A program made the translations under genes and the position numbers. A DNA stretch of 64,000 nucleotides from the IMG/VR virus record IMGVR_UViG_3300028802_000001, positions 833 to 64,832 of that record; one strand, 5' to 3'. The notes under the pieces were generated by a model, which ran no database searches, had not been told where the DNA came from, and was given only the letters and a program-made list of their open reading frames with translations. This document shows, piece by piece, positions 1 to 9,487 of this stretch (within the stretch, counting starts at the first letter, position 1; every line of letters starts with the position of its first letter). The DNA comes from a virus (lineage: Duplodnaviria; Caudoviricetes).

Positions 1-24
1 CGAATACCCGCGCACCCCACACAT

Positions 25-588
25 TTGACGGAAACGGGCGGCCTCGTGCCGTCCCATGCTGGGTGCAAAGTGGCCAAGCCGACGCCTACATTCGAACGCT
101 GTCATGAACTTCTCAAGTTGGACCCTGAGACGGGCATCCTGACTTGGCGGGTTCATAAAAGCTCGCGCAGCCCCATTGGCAGTCGAGCGGGTTGGGTCAA
201 CCAACAGTCAGGCTATCGGAATGTATGCATCGACTGGCATGATTATCGTGAGCACGTCGTAATTTGGTTCATGCTTTACGGTGAATGGGTTCCCCGCCAG
301 ATCGATCACCATGATCTGGATCGAACCAATAACCGGAAGTCGAACCTCCGACGCGCGAACGAATCTCAGCAGCGGTCAAATGCAAGGCTGCGATCCGACA
401 ATTCGACCGGCGAACGGGGCGTGACCTGCCACAAGGATGGCGGATACGTTGCCAGGGTCGAATATCAAGGACGCTATAGCCTTCGAAAATACTTCCGAAA
501 CTTTGACGACGCAGTAGCCGCAGTGCGAGCGGAGCGTCAGAGGGTTTTCGGACAGTTCGCCCCCGCGTATGACCAGCAGGGAGCATAG
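25..588 (+). CDS. HNH homing endonuclease with AP2-like C-terminal domain (likely start GTG at 70)
   Basis: IDHHDLDRTNNRKSNLR HNH_3-type motif; NSTGERGV...A..R..FGQFA tail. Confidence 0.88.
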   Translation: MTETGGLVPSHAGCKVAKPTPTFERCHELLKLDPETGILTWRVHKSSRSPIGSRAGWVNQQSGYRNVCIDWHDYREHVVIWFMLYGEWVPRQIDHHDLDRTNNRKSNLRRANESQQRSNARLRSDNSTGERGVTCHKDGGYVARVEYQGRYSLRKYFRNFDDAVAAVRAERQRVFGQFAPAYDQQGA

Positions 589-594
589 AATCCT

Positions 595-1731
595 ATGGCT
601 ATGACTAATTACCCAGTAAATGATGCCCTCGCGATTAAGGTCTGGTCCAAGATTCTCGACCACGAGGCGCTCAAATACACGGACATCGGGCCCTTAATCG
701 GGGACGACCCGAATTCCATCATCCACCGCAAGACGGAATTGCAGAAGGGGCCCGGTGACCAGATCACCTACGGCATCCGGATGCAGTTGAACGGTGCTGG
801 CTTCTCCGAGAACAATCTCGCGGAGGGCAATGGTGAGGCGCTCACGACCTACAGCGATGCTCTGCTCATCAACGAGTTGGGCAACGTCGTTGGGGTGAAG
901 AGCGAGTACACCATCGACCAGCAACGAGTCCCGTTCAATCTCCGCGAGGAGGCCAAGGATGGTCTGGCCGATTGGTACGCCAAGCGGTTCAGTGTCGCAT
1001 TCTTCAATCAGGTCTGCGGGAACACCTTGCAGACCGACGTGAGGTTTACCGGACTGAATGCGACGGTAGCGGCGTCAACGACCCGCATCATCCGGCAGTC
1101 GGGACGAGCGTCCGATGACCTTCTGCTTTCGACCGATACGTTCACCATCGATCTGGTGGACAAGGCGAAGGAAATGGCCGTCAGCGCCTCTCCGAAGATC
1201 CGGCCGGCGACTTTTGCCGGTGGCGGCTCAATGGGCAGCCAGCGGCGCGACTACAACATGACGTTGACCGACCGCTATGTCATGTATCTGGACCAATATC
1301 AGGTCTACGATATGCGACGGAACACCTCCACCGGCCAATGGCAGGACATCGTCAAGGCCGTCTACACGTCGGCCAAGAAGGCCAACCCCATCTACGAGGG
1401 TGCCATTGGTGAATGGAACGGCGTTGTGCTCCGGCAGACCGCGGCCATGAACTCCACGGGTACGGACGGTGTCCTGCCTAGGGGCATCTCGGCTACCAGT
1501 ACCGCGGTTCCCAACGTCGGCCGTGCGGTTCTGCTCGGCGGGCAAGCTGCCATGATGGCTTTTGGTCAACGGGGCTCGATCAGCAAATATCGCTGGAACG
1601 AGGAACTGTTCGACCACAAGCGCCGCATGGAAGTGTCTGCCTGGACGATCCACGGTCTCAAGAAGACCCGATATAACTCTGTCGATTACGGTACGGTGGT
1701 TGTTTCCACTTATGCCGTAGCGCACACTTAA
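595..1731 (+). CDS. Major capsid protein, N4-gp56/DUF4043 family
   Basis: ELQKGPGDQIT, EGNGEAL, NLREEAKDGLADW, GAIGEWNGV, RAVLLGGQA, WNEELFD, GLKKTRYN..DYG motifs. Confidence 0.92.
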   Translation: MAMTNYPVNDALAIKVWSKILDHEALKYTDIGPLIGDDPNSIIHRKTELQKGPGDQITYGIRMQLNGAGFSENNLAEGNGEALTTYSDALLINELGNVVGVKSEYTIDQQRVPFNLREEAKDGLADWYAKRFSVAFFNQVCGNTLQTDVRFTGLNATVAASTTRIIRQSGRASDDLLLSTDTFTIDLVDKAKEMAVSASPKIRPATFAGGGSMGSQRRDYNMTLTDRYVMYLDQYQVYDMRRNTSTGQWQDIVKAVYTSAKKANPIYEGAIGEWNGVVLRQTAAMNSTGTDGVLPRGISATSTAVPNVGRAVLLGGQAAMMAFGQRGSISKYRWNEELFDHKRRMEVSAWTIHGLKKTRYNSVDYGTVVVSTYAVAHT

Positions 1732-1744
1732 GGGAGGGCGGCAC

Positions 1745-2194
1745 ATGACCACGAACACTGCTCAAGTCGCCCCTCCGGTTCGCCAAGACCCGAGGCAGGT
1801 AACCAATACCCTCAAGAAGACGATCAACTACACCGATGGTGTGGTGTCGTCATCTGGGTCGGTGCCATTCGACAACTCGCTGCCGATGGGTGCTTTCATC
1901 ACTGGCGTGTTTGTTGAGATCGTCACGGCCTTTAATGCTTCAAGCACGAACACCCTGACGGTCGGAACGGTGAGCACGGCATACAACAACATGGTTGCGT
2001 CGGCTGACATTCCCGGCAATGCCTCGTCATCGATCACCGTTGGCACGACTGGCCCGATCACCCGAGGCAACGGCCGTTCGCTCACGGCCGCCGCAGATAT
2101 CACTCCCTACGTGAAATACGCGCAGACAGGGACAGTGGCATCCGCCGGACAGGCGATTGTCGTCATCACCTACGAAGGCGGATGGAGTTCATAA
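1745..2194 (+). CDS. Virion structural protein, probable capsid decoration/cement
   Basis: Directly after the capsid gene; LP.GA.I..V...TAFN...TLTVG beta-rich pattern. Confidence 0.6.
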   Translation: MTTNTAQVAPPVRQDPRQVTNTLKKTINYTDGVVSSSGSVPFDNSLPMGAFITGVFVEIVTAFNASSTNTLTVGTVSTAYNNMVASADIPGNASSSITVGTTGPITRGNGRSLTAAADITPYVKYAQTGTVASAGQAIVVITYEGGWSS

Positions 2195-2410
2195 ATGGCA
2201 AACAACATCTCAGTTGATGGCGTTCTATCCGTTGGCGGTGGTGTTGGCGCATATGGTGTGGCACCGACCACCCAGCGGGCGTCATCCATCCAGGCAACGA
2301 GCGTGATCTCAGCCTACACCTCCACCACGGCCTCGGCCCTGATTGGCGCTCTGCTCGTGGAGATCGCCAATACGTTGACTGGGCTAGGCTTATGGAAAGG
2401 TTCAGCTTAA
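2195..2410 (+). CDS. Small virion protein (head-fibre-like, ending LTGLGLWKGSA)
   Basis: Position in head module; C-terminal L..LGL.KG motif seen in phage head appendage proteins. Confidence 0.5.
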   Translation: MANNISVDGVLSVGGGVGAYGVAPTTQRASSIQATSVISAYTSTTASALIGALLVEIANTLTGLGLWKGSA

Positions 2411-2418
2411 GGTTGCAA

Positions 2419-2462
2419 TTGACAATTCGGGGTAACCTGCTAGTTGCATAGCAGGCTACCCC
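2419..2462 (+). promoter_or_regulatory. Sigma70-like promoter (TTGACA) overlapped by a 14-bp inverted repeat, upstream of HNH gene
   Basis: TTGACA at 2419; GGGGTAACCTGCTA-n6-TAGCAGGCTACCCC (13/14 complementary). Confidence 0.5.
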
Positions 2463-2490
2463 TAACCACTCAGTCTGTAAGGAGACGAGA

Positions 2491-3051
2491 ATGGCTAACG
2501 AACGTAAGCGCGTTCCGAATAGTGAACGCAAGAGAATTTCTATGGAGAGGCTGAAGGAACTGATCCACTACAGTCCCGATACTGGATCGTTCACTCGGGT
2601 TTCCGCCGCTCGCGCCCAAATGTCTCATCTCATCGGCAAATCGGCGGGCTACATCAAGCCCGGCGGCAACGCTGATGGCGGTGGCTATCTGATGCTGTAC
2701 ATCGATGGGCGCGTTTATCGTGGTCACCATGTTGCATGGTTTTGGATGACCGGAGAGTGGCCAACTCTCGATATTGACCACATCAACGATATTCGCCACG
2801 ACAATAGTTGGTCCAACCTGCGTGCTGCTACGCGGTCTCAGAACATTGGGAACGCACGCATGCCTCACGATAGTTGGTCAGGCGTCAAAGGCGCGACATG
2901 GGACAGGGCTCGTCGTCAATGGCGGGCACAGATCACATTCAATGGCAAAAACATCCACCTCGGTCGCTATCCCACCAAGGAAGCCGCTGGCGCTGCCTAC
3001 GAGGCTGCATCTCGCAAGTATTTCGGTGAATTTGCGAGGGTGTCGGCATGA
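2491..3051 (+). CDS. HNH homing endonuclease with AP2 domain
   Basis: IDHINDIRHDNSWSNLR; SGVKGATW...WRAQI...HLG.Y...E.A..AY...YFGEFA. Confidence 0.92.
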   Translation: MANERKRVPNSERKRISMERLKELIHYSPDTGSFTRVSAARAQMSHLIGKSAGYIKPGGNADGGGYLMLYIDGRVYRGHHVAWFWMTGEWPTLDIDHINDIRHDNSWSNLRAATRSQNIGNARMPHDSWSGVKGATWDRARRQWRAQITFNGKNIHLGRYPTKEAAGAAYEAASRKYFGEFARVSA

Positions 3052-3740
3052 AAGCCATCTTCTGCAATCCAGTTGTCAACCGGCCTCATGATGCCTTCAT
3101 CGCCTCGCTGGAGGCTTCGGTCCCGCTGATCGAAGCCGCCGGCTGGGAGCATGGTTTAGCGACAGAACTCAATAATCCCTACATCTCGGCGGCTCGGGCA
3201 TCGATGACGCGCAAGGCGTTGGATGCCGGGGCCGACGTTGTTGTGTATCTTGACCACGATCTGAGTTGGGACCCTGCCGATCTCGTGACGCTCCTGAAGA
3301 CCAAGGGCGACGTTGTTGCGGGGACCTATCGGTTCAAGCACGATGGGCCTGAGGAATACATGGGGTGCATATTCACCGAGCCGAATGGTCGTCCGCTTTG
3401 CCGACCGGACGGGTGCATCAAGGCTGACAGAGTCCCTGCGGGGTTTTTGAAGATAACCAAAGAGGCTATCGGTCACTTCATGACCTCTTATCCGCACCTC
3501 GTCTATGGTCCGCCCTACAATCCGAGTGTGGATTTGTTTAACCATGGTGCCCACAAGGGTGTATGGTTTGGTGAGGACTATGCGTTCTCCCGGAACTGGT
3601 GCGATTCCGGGGGAGAGATTTGGATCATCCCAAATCTCAATATCAACCATCACACCAAGGATAAGGTCTATCCCGGCAACTTCCACTCGTTCCTGCTAAG
3701 GCAACCGCAACCTGATGCTGTCGGCTTGAGGGCCGCTTAG
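3048..3740 (+). CDS. GT-A fold glycosyltransferase-like protein
   Basis: ISAARA...YLDHDLSW (DxD), GFLKI, GEDYAFS..W motifs. Confidence 0.75.
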   Translation: MKAIFCNPVVNRPHDAFIASLEASVPLIEAAGWEHGLATELNNPYISAARASMTRKALDAGADVVVYLDHDLSWDPADLVTLLKTKGDVVAGTYRFKHDGPEEYMGCIFTEPNGRPLCRPDGCIKADRVPAGFLKITKEAIGHFMTSYPHLVYGPPYNPSVDLFNHGAHKGVWFGEDYAFSRNWCDSGGEIWIIPNLNINHHTKDKVYPGNFHSFLLRQPQPDAVGLRAA

Positions 3741-3751
3741 AGGAGGATACC

Positions 3752-4156
3752 ATGGCTATAACTGCAAATCGCCGCGCGACTGCTGCCGATGGCACGGTTT
3801 CGCTATTCCAAGATCAGGTTTTCAAGCCTGGATTTATCGACCTGTCTGCAACGGATGGCCTCACGGCTGGTGCCACGCAGACGATTGCTGGTGGCACGGC
3901 TCTCATCTATCAGCTTAATCGCTTCACGACCGTCACCAGTTCCGGTGATGCCGCAACACTCCCGCTTGCCAAGCAGGGCCGCTGGCGCGTTGTGACCAAT
4001 GTCAGCGGATCGAATGCAATGGCGATTTTCCCGGCAAATGCCACGGACCAGATCAATGCCGTCACGGCCGGGTCGTCCTATTCCTTGTCTGACACCAAGA
4101 CTGTAATCTTCTTCTGCATGGTCGATGGCATTTGGAATACAGTCCTTACCGCGTGA
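3752..4156 (+). CDS. Virion structural protein (decoration-like)
   Basis: Small Ala/Thr-rich beta protein with ATLP...IFP...IN motifs; head module. Confidence 0.5.
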   Translation: MAITANRRATAADGTVSLFQDQVFKPGFIDLSATDGLTAGATQTIAGGTALIYQLNRFTTVTSSGDAATLPLAKQGRWRVVTNVSGSNAMAIFPANATDQINAVTAGSSYSLSDTKTVIFFCMVDGIWNTVLTA

Positions 4157-4179
4157 TGAGGCCATGAGGATGGAATCCA

Positions 4180-4695
4180 ATGGCCGAGAAGCGCATTCTG
4201 CACGTCGGTTGCGGCACTGAGGCAACGCCGGAATGGCTTCCGGGCGTAAGCGTGCGCCTTGATATTGATCCCGGCGTGGAGCCCGACATCGTGGCCTCGA
4301 TCCTTGATCTGGGGCCGCTCTCTGAATTCGATGTTGTCTACTGCTCGCACACGCTAGAGCACGTCTACCCGCACGAGGTGTCGGTCGCATTGGGCGAGTT
4401 TCGGCGCGTTCTCAAGGATGGCGGCGCGGTTCTTATATTCGTGCCCGACCTTGAGGATCAGAAACCGACTGACGATGTGCTCTACAACTCTGATGCCGGC
4501 CCCGTCACCGGGTTCGATCTGTTCTACGGCTACCGGCCATTTGTCGAGATGTACCCCAACACGATGGCTCATCATTGTGGATTTGTGTCATCCACGATGC
4601 GGCGCGCGATGGAGGATGCCGGGTTTGGCAAGGTTACCGTGCAGCGGATTCCGTGTTGCAACCTCTTTGCCGCGGGGATGAAAAATGTCGGGTGA
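4180..4695 (+). CDS. Class I SAM-dependent methyltransferase
   Basis: ILHVGCG motif I, RLDID, FDVVYCSHTLEH, RRVLKDGG...VPD. Confidence 0.88.
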   Translation: MAEKRILHVGCGTEATPEWLPGVSVRLDIDPGVEPDIVASILDLGPLSEFDVVYCSHTLEHVYPHEVSVALGEFRRVLKDGGAVLIFVPDLEDQKPTDDVLYNSDAGPVTGFDLFYGYRPFVEMYPNTMAHHCGFVSSTMRRAMEDAGFGKVTVQRIPCCNLFAAGMKNVG

Positions 4696-5368
4696 CCTCG
4701 CCACCATGAAGGCCAGAATTTCTCGGGACATCGCGCGCCCTGATTTCCCGCCTGACAGCCAGGATATTGCCGATGCCATCAACACGGCCATCGAGCAATA
4801 CCAGAACCAACGGTTTCGCTTCTCGGACACGATCCCGAATGCCCCACCGTCGTTCAACACGGTGGCGGGACGGTATATCTACACGTCGGCGGATAATCCG
4901 AATATCGGGACGCTGATGAAGATCGACTACGTGTTGATCAGGATTGGCAACATCTATCAGGGATTGGGTCGGACGAGCGTCGAAAATGTCACGCTGTACA
5001 ATCAGCTAACGACGATGCAGGGACAACCGTCGTCCTATGCGTATGGTGGGAATCAGTTGCTGTTGGCGGCCGTGCCCTCGCAAGTCTGGCCGATGATCCT
5101 CGGGCTGTTCCTCAATCGATTGGCTCCTGCGACTGATGATGAGGCCGACAATCCGTGGATGACGGATGCAGAGTTATTGATCCGCTCTAGGGCCAAGTAT
5201 GAGATTGCCACCCATCGCACGCGCAATCAGCAGATGGCTGCTGCCATGTCGCCTGACGTTCCAGCAAGAGGTCAGCCAGCGGGTGCTACGTATGCAGCAT
5301 GGTCAACGCTTAAATCAGAGGCGAACAGGGTCGCATATACAGGCCGCGTGCGCCCCATGAGGTTCTGA
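4685..5368 (+). CDS. Head-to-tail adaptor / tail tubular protein A-like
   Basis: LATMKARI..DI.R, AIN.AI, GQP..Y, NPWMTDAE.LIR motifs; position. Confidence 0.65.
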   Translation: MSGDLATMKARISRDIARPDFPPDSQDIADAINTAIEQYQNQRFRFSDTIPNAPPSFNTVAGRYIYTSADNPNIGTLMKIDYVLIRIGNIYQGLGRTSVENVTLYNQLTTMQGQPSSYAYGGNQLLLAAVPSQVWPMILGLFLNRLAPATDDEADNPWMTDAELLIRSRAKYEIATHRTRNQQMAAAMSPDVPARGQPAGATYAAWSTLKSEANRVAYTGRVRPMRF

Positions 5369-5853
5369 TGTTGCCTCTATCCAGTGCCATTCGAGAGCGG
5401 ATTGCGAACAACGGACACCGCGTTGACCGCACGCACGATGGACCGTGGATGTCATGCATGAGCCGCGACGGGCGCACGATGTATGTCAACAAAGACCTTC
5501 CCAAGTCGGCCATGATAGAAGGCCGGAAGGTTGATGTTGCCGACATGCTGTTTGCGCACGAGGTGCCTGAATGGCGCGAACTCCAGCGGCTGCTGCTATC
5601 GTTTCGGGTCAGCAAAAAGCGTGAGCCAAACGAATCTGACCGCAAGGCGATTTACTTGAGCGCCCATCGCAGATATGGGACGCCAAACGAACGAGCGCAT
5701 GCGAAAAAGATTGGCGTGAATTGGATGGCATGGTCGGCATGGTGCCGTGGCGAGGAAAGCAAGATCGAGCGTGGCCCGTTTCGAAATCAGCCGAAGGATG
5801 CCGACGTGAAGCCAATCCCGCATAGCCACAATGAACTGGCTGCGGTGGCGTGA
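5368..5853 (+). CDS. Hypothetical protein with HExxE...H zincin-like motif
   Basis: FAHEVPE...YLSAH; TGATG coupling to the upstream gene. Confidence 0.4.
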   Translation: MLPLSSAIRERIANNGHRVDRTHDGPWMSCMSRDGRTMYVNKDLPKSAMIEGRKVDVADMLFAHEVPEWRELQRLLLSFRVSKKREPNESDRKAIYLSAHRRYGTPNERAHAKKIGVNWMAWSAWCRGEESKIERGPFRNQPKDADVKPIPHSHNELAAVA

Positions 5854-7454
5854 TGTCCGACACCTGGGGCTCATTAGCGCCGATGGCTGAAGACCCGCTC
5901 TTGCCGGTGCCGCGCAATCCAGCAATGCCGGCGGATTTGGCGCAACGCGGTGTGATGGGCGTTGCCAACATGCTCGGCAACATCGTGATGGCCCCTAAGC
6001 GCGCGATGGATCAGGGGATGACAACCTCAGAGGCCATTCCATGGGCCGGTGATGTGGCAACGATGGGCGTTGGCGCTGGTGCTCCTGCCGCTGTGCGTGG
6101 TGCGGCTGGCATCTTCGGCGGCCGGTTAGCCCAGACGGCAGATCAGGCGGCATTGGCGCAAGCGGAAAAGATGGCGACGGCTGGAATTCCACGCGAGCAA
6201 ATCTGGAACAATACCGGCTGGTTCAAGGGAGGGGATGACAAGTGGCGGTTTGAGATACCGGATAATGCTGCTGCAATGCAAACAAACATTCAGCAACCGC
6301 AGCATCGACTAGAATTGGCGCAGGATATATTTGAGGGGATGGGATTACCACGCCTTGGATTTTCCAATCCGAAATACCGAGAGCAGACCAGTAAGGCGAT
6401 AGCATCTGCGGATGATCAACTAAAACTCATGGACGCCACTCATCAGCCTTTGTCGGCTCACATGAAACACCCTGAATTATATGGTGCCTATCCAAATGTT
6501 GCTGAGATTCCAACACGCAGACAAGATATGTTTGGCTACAAAGGCTCATACCAGCCAGGGGAAGACCCACACCTGTCATATGCCACCATGGCTCGTCCCA
6601 AGGAGACCTTGAGTACCGTTTTGCATGAGGGCCAACATGCCGTCCAAGATGTGGAGGGGTTCGCGAAGGGATCGAATACTTTCGGGCTACGCCCCGGTAC
6701 GCCCGCGTGGGATATTTATATGGAGCGCCGCAAGGCGTTAGAACAGGCGCCATTGTCACGCGAGGTTTATTCAAAGGCTGCTAACTATGAGGGACTGGCT
6801 CCGGAAAAGGATTACAAGGAATACGTCAAGATAGTTAAAAAGTCTTCAAAAGATCCAAATCTAGATCGAATGGCGCAAGATTACGCTGTTCAGACAGCCT
6901 ATAAGCGGTCGGCCGGCGAAGTCGAAGCCCGCAACGTCCAGACCCGCATGAACATGACGCCGGAGGAACGGCGCGCAAAGCCGCCTTGGCTGACCGAGGA
7001 CGTGCCGGCAGACCAACAGATATTTGGGGCACTGGCATCGGGCCCGCAGATGTCGTTACCGCCGAAGGAGCCATTTCGAATCCAGCCGCAAGACGTACGC
7101 GCTCCAAAAGCCGCCAATGTAAACACGTCAAAGGCCGAAGTTCTTGCAGACTTGCCCCCGCCGTTGCCGCCATCTGATCGCATTTGGCAAAACTACGTAA
7201 AGCGGATGGGGCCGGATGAAATGCTGAAATCGGAGCCGGTATGGAGTGCCGCTGAAAACTTGTCGGCGGCGAAGGGGATTTCACCGAGTGAAGCATTTGC
7301 TGAGGTTGCCAACGATATGTTTGGTAGGATGGGGGCCAACCGTTTTATGACCCCTGCACAGGCAAAAATGCACATGGCGCGAGAGCGTGGGATATTAGTG
7401 CCGGTGCCGGCGGAGCAGCAGATATTTGGGTCACTGGGGCCTAGAGGCAAGTAA
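5850..7454 (+). CDS. Polyvalent-protein-type effector: LPD23-like domain plus zincin metallopeptidase
   Basis: TGWFKGGDDKWRFEIPD, LHEGQHAVQ (HExxH), YKRSAGEVEARNVQ.R. Confidence 0.75.
   Translation: MMSDTWGSLAPMAEDPLLPVPRNPAMPADLAQRGVMGVANMLGNIVMAPKRAMDQGMTTSEAIPWAGDVATMGVGAGAPAAVRGAAGIFGGRLAQTADQAALAQAEKMATAGIPREQIWNNTGWFKGGDDKWRFEIPDNAAAMQTNIQQPQHRLELAQDIFEGMGLPRLGFSNPKYREQTSKAIASADDQLKLMDATHQPLSAHMKHPELYGAYPNVAEIPTRRQDMFGYKGSYQPGEDPHLSYATMARPKETLSTVLHEGQHAVQDVEGFAKGSNTFGLRPGTPAWDIYMERRKALEQAPLSREVYSKAANYEGLAPEKDYKEYVKIVKKSSKDPNLDRMAQDYAVQTAYKRSAGEVEARNVQTRMNMTPEERRAKPPWLTEDVPADQQIFGALASGPQMSLPPKEPFRIQPQDVRAPKAANVNTSKAEVLADLPPPLPPSDRIWQNYVKRMGPDEMLKSEPVWSAAENLSAAKGISPSEAFAEVANDMFGRMGANRFMTPAQAKMHMARERGILVPVPAEQQIFGSLGPRGK
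7002..7437 (+). repeat. 34-bp imperfect direct repeat (7002-7035 and 7404-7437) encoding VPA[D/E]QQIFG[A/S]L
   Basis: 30 of 34 nt identical by manual comparison. Confidence 0.85.
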
Positions 7455-9172
7455 TGGCCAAGAGCATTCCCTTCCCAGAATGGCGGCCTGATCTGTCCGA
7501 CCTCGGCACGGGGATTACGTCGATTGTCAGTGGTGTGTTGGCTCGCGCAGACGGCTATGGGCCGTTCAAGTCGCTTGTGGAATTGACTGATGCCTTGCCA
7601 AGCGCATGCCGCGGGTTCTTTTTTGCGCGACGTAGTGACGGGTCGATAGCAGCATTTGCTGGCACGGACAAACGGCTATATCTGCTCGATAACTCGCTGT
7701 TTACTTGGACGGATGTCTCGCTTGGCGGGACGGACTATCCGACCTTGGTAACGAGCGACAATTGGCAATTTGTGCAGTTCAATGATCTTGTGATTGCGGT
7801 CAATCAGAACACCCCACCGCAGAAGTTTACCATGGCCTCGGCCACGACGTTTGTCGATCTCCTGGGCTCGCCCCCAAATGCGAGGTTTATTGCGGTCGTA
7901 GGACAAATTCTTGTCTTGAGCGGATTGCTGTCCAACCCTCGCAGATTGCAGTGGTCCGACCTTGATGCACCGGAGGAATGGACAGCCGGGGTCGGCACGT
8001 CTGACTTTCAGGACATGCCAGACGGAGGGTCATGCTTAAGTCTTTCGGGCGGTGACGCCTATGGGCTGTTGTTTCAGGACGAGGCCATTCGCAGCATCAT
8101 CTTTGCTCCGGGCTCTCCTACGACATTTCAGATTGTCCGCATATCGACGCAGGATACCGTTTTTGCGCACTACTCCGTCATCAATGCCGGGACGAAGACG
8201 TTTTTCCTGTCGGCGCAGGGGTTCAAGATCATCGAGTCCGGCGGAAAACCGCAGCCAATCGGTAAAGAGCGCGTTGATACGACGTTTTTCAAAGATGTTG
8301 ATAAGAGTAATCTCCAGCTTTGCATTGGTGCCACGGACCCCACGGGTACCCGCATCTATTGGGCCTACAAATCCATCCATGGTGCCGCTGGTCTGTTCGA
8401 CACGATCCTCTGCTATGATTGGTCCATTGGCGAACAGGGGCGGTGGTCGAAACTTCCAATTATGGGGGAATACCTGACATCGTTTGCAAGACCTGGGGTG
8501 ACATTGGAACAGTTGGATGCCGTTGCACCCACGCCATTGGATATCACCGGAGCCGCGAACAATGGCAGCGGATTGATCAGGCTCGCTCTGGCTGGTGGTT
8601 TGTCGAATTCGGACTTCAACATCGTCGGGCAGAATTTCATTGTCGTTTATGGTGTTGGCGGGACGACAGAGGCCAACGCGACGTGGCGTTTCACGGTTAT
8701 CAACTCAACGCACATCGATCTGATTGGATCGACTTTTGTTCATGCCTATACGAGCGGAGGGCATATTGGTGGTTCGCTGGATGCATTGCCGTTCTCGCTC
8801 GACAGCGTGTCAAAGGCGACGGTTGCGGAACTGGCTGCTTTTTCCAGCGACCATAAACTAGGATTTTTCACGGGACTAAACATCGAGGCCGTCATTGAGA
8901 CGGGAGAGCAGGATCTTGAGGGGCAGTTGGTCTTTGTGAGTGCCGCCCGTCCGATCACGGATAGCCCAGATGCGGCGGTATCGATTGGATGCCGGATTGG
9001 GCCGCAAGATACGGTGTCCTACACGCCAGAATCCCCCGTCAATAATCAGGGTCTCTGCGGGTTCACCATTGAGACTCGCTATGCCAGGGCGAGATTGAGG
9101 ATACCCGCGGAATCGGTTTGGTCATTTGCAACGTCGGTCCAGCCGCAAGTGGTGTTGGCGGGTGACACGTAA
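7454..9172 (+). CDS. Tail tube/nozzle (packaged DNA stabilisation) protein with inserted beta domain
   Basis: IPFPEWRPD N-terminus, QWSDL, DFQDMPDGG, PIGKERVD..F, RYARAR; position after adaptor. Confidence 0.7.
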   Translation: MAKSIPFPEWRPDLSDLGTGITSIVSGVLARADGYGPFKSLVELTDALPSACRGFFFARRSDGSIAAFAGTDKRLYLLDNSLFTWTDVSLGGTDYPTLVTSDNWQFVQFNDLVIAVNQNTPPQKFTMASATTFVDLLGSPPNARFIAVVGQILVLSGLLSNPRRLQWSDLDAPEEWTAGVGTSDFQDMPDGGSCLSLSGGDAYGLLFQDEAIRSIIFAPGSPTTFQIVRISTQDTVFAHYSVINAGTKTFFLSAQGFKIIESGGKPQPIGKERVDTTFFKDVDKSNLQLCIGATDPTGTRIYWAYKSIHGAAGLFDTILCYDWSIGEQGRWSKLPIMGEYLTSFARPGVTLEQLDAVAPTPLDITGAANNGSGLIRLALAGGLSNSDFNIVGQNFIVVYGVGGTTEANATWRFTVINSTHIDLIGSTFVHAYTSGGHIGGSLDALPFSLDSVSKATVAELAAFSSDHKLGFFTGLNIEAVIETGEQDLEGQLVFVSAARPITDSPDAAVSIGCRIGPQDTVSYTPESPVNNQGLCGFTIETRYARARLRIPAESVWSFATSVQPQVVLAGDT

Positions 9173-9487
9173 ATGGCTATCAATCTACAGCCCACCGAAA
9201 CCGGTATTTTCCGTGTCGTCCAAGCGATCCGGCAGCTTATCCAGGGCCGGTCGGATGCGACATTGCTGGTGACCCTCGCGGCTGGGGCGACGACGACGGT
9301 TGTCTCGGCGATCAACTGTAGCAAGGACTCAGAGGTGTTTCTGTCACCTCGAACCGCCAATGCTGCGGCGGCTATTCCTACGACCTACATCAAAAGTGTG
9401 GATATCCTGAACGGCAGTTTTTCGATTACGCACGCGAACAATGGACAGACTGATCGGACCTATGGGGTCCTCTGCATAGGCGGCTAG
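9173..9487 (+). CDS. Small tail structural protein
   Basis: VTL...ATTT, LSPRTANAAA, F.ITHAN....DRTY motif; tail module. Confidence 0.55.
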   Translation: MAINLQPTETGIFRVVQAIRQLIQGRSDATLLVTLAAGATTTVVSAINCSKDSEVFLSPRTANAAAAIPTTYIKSVDILNGSFSITHANNGQTDRTYGVLCIGG

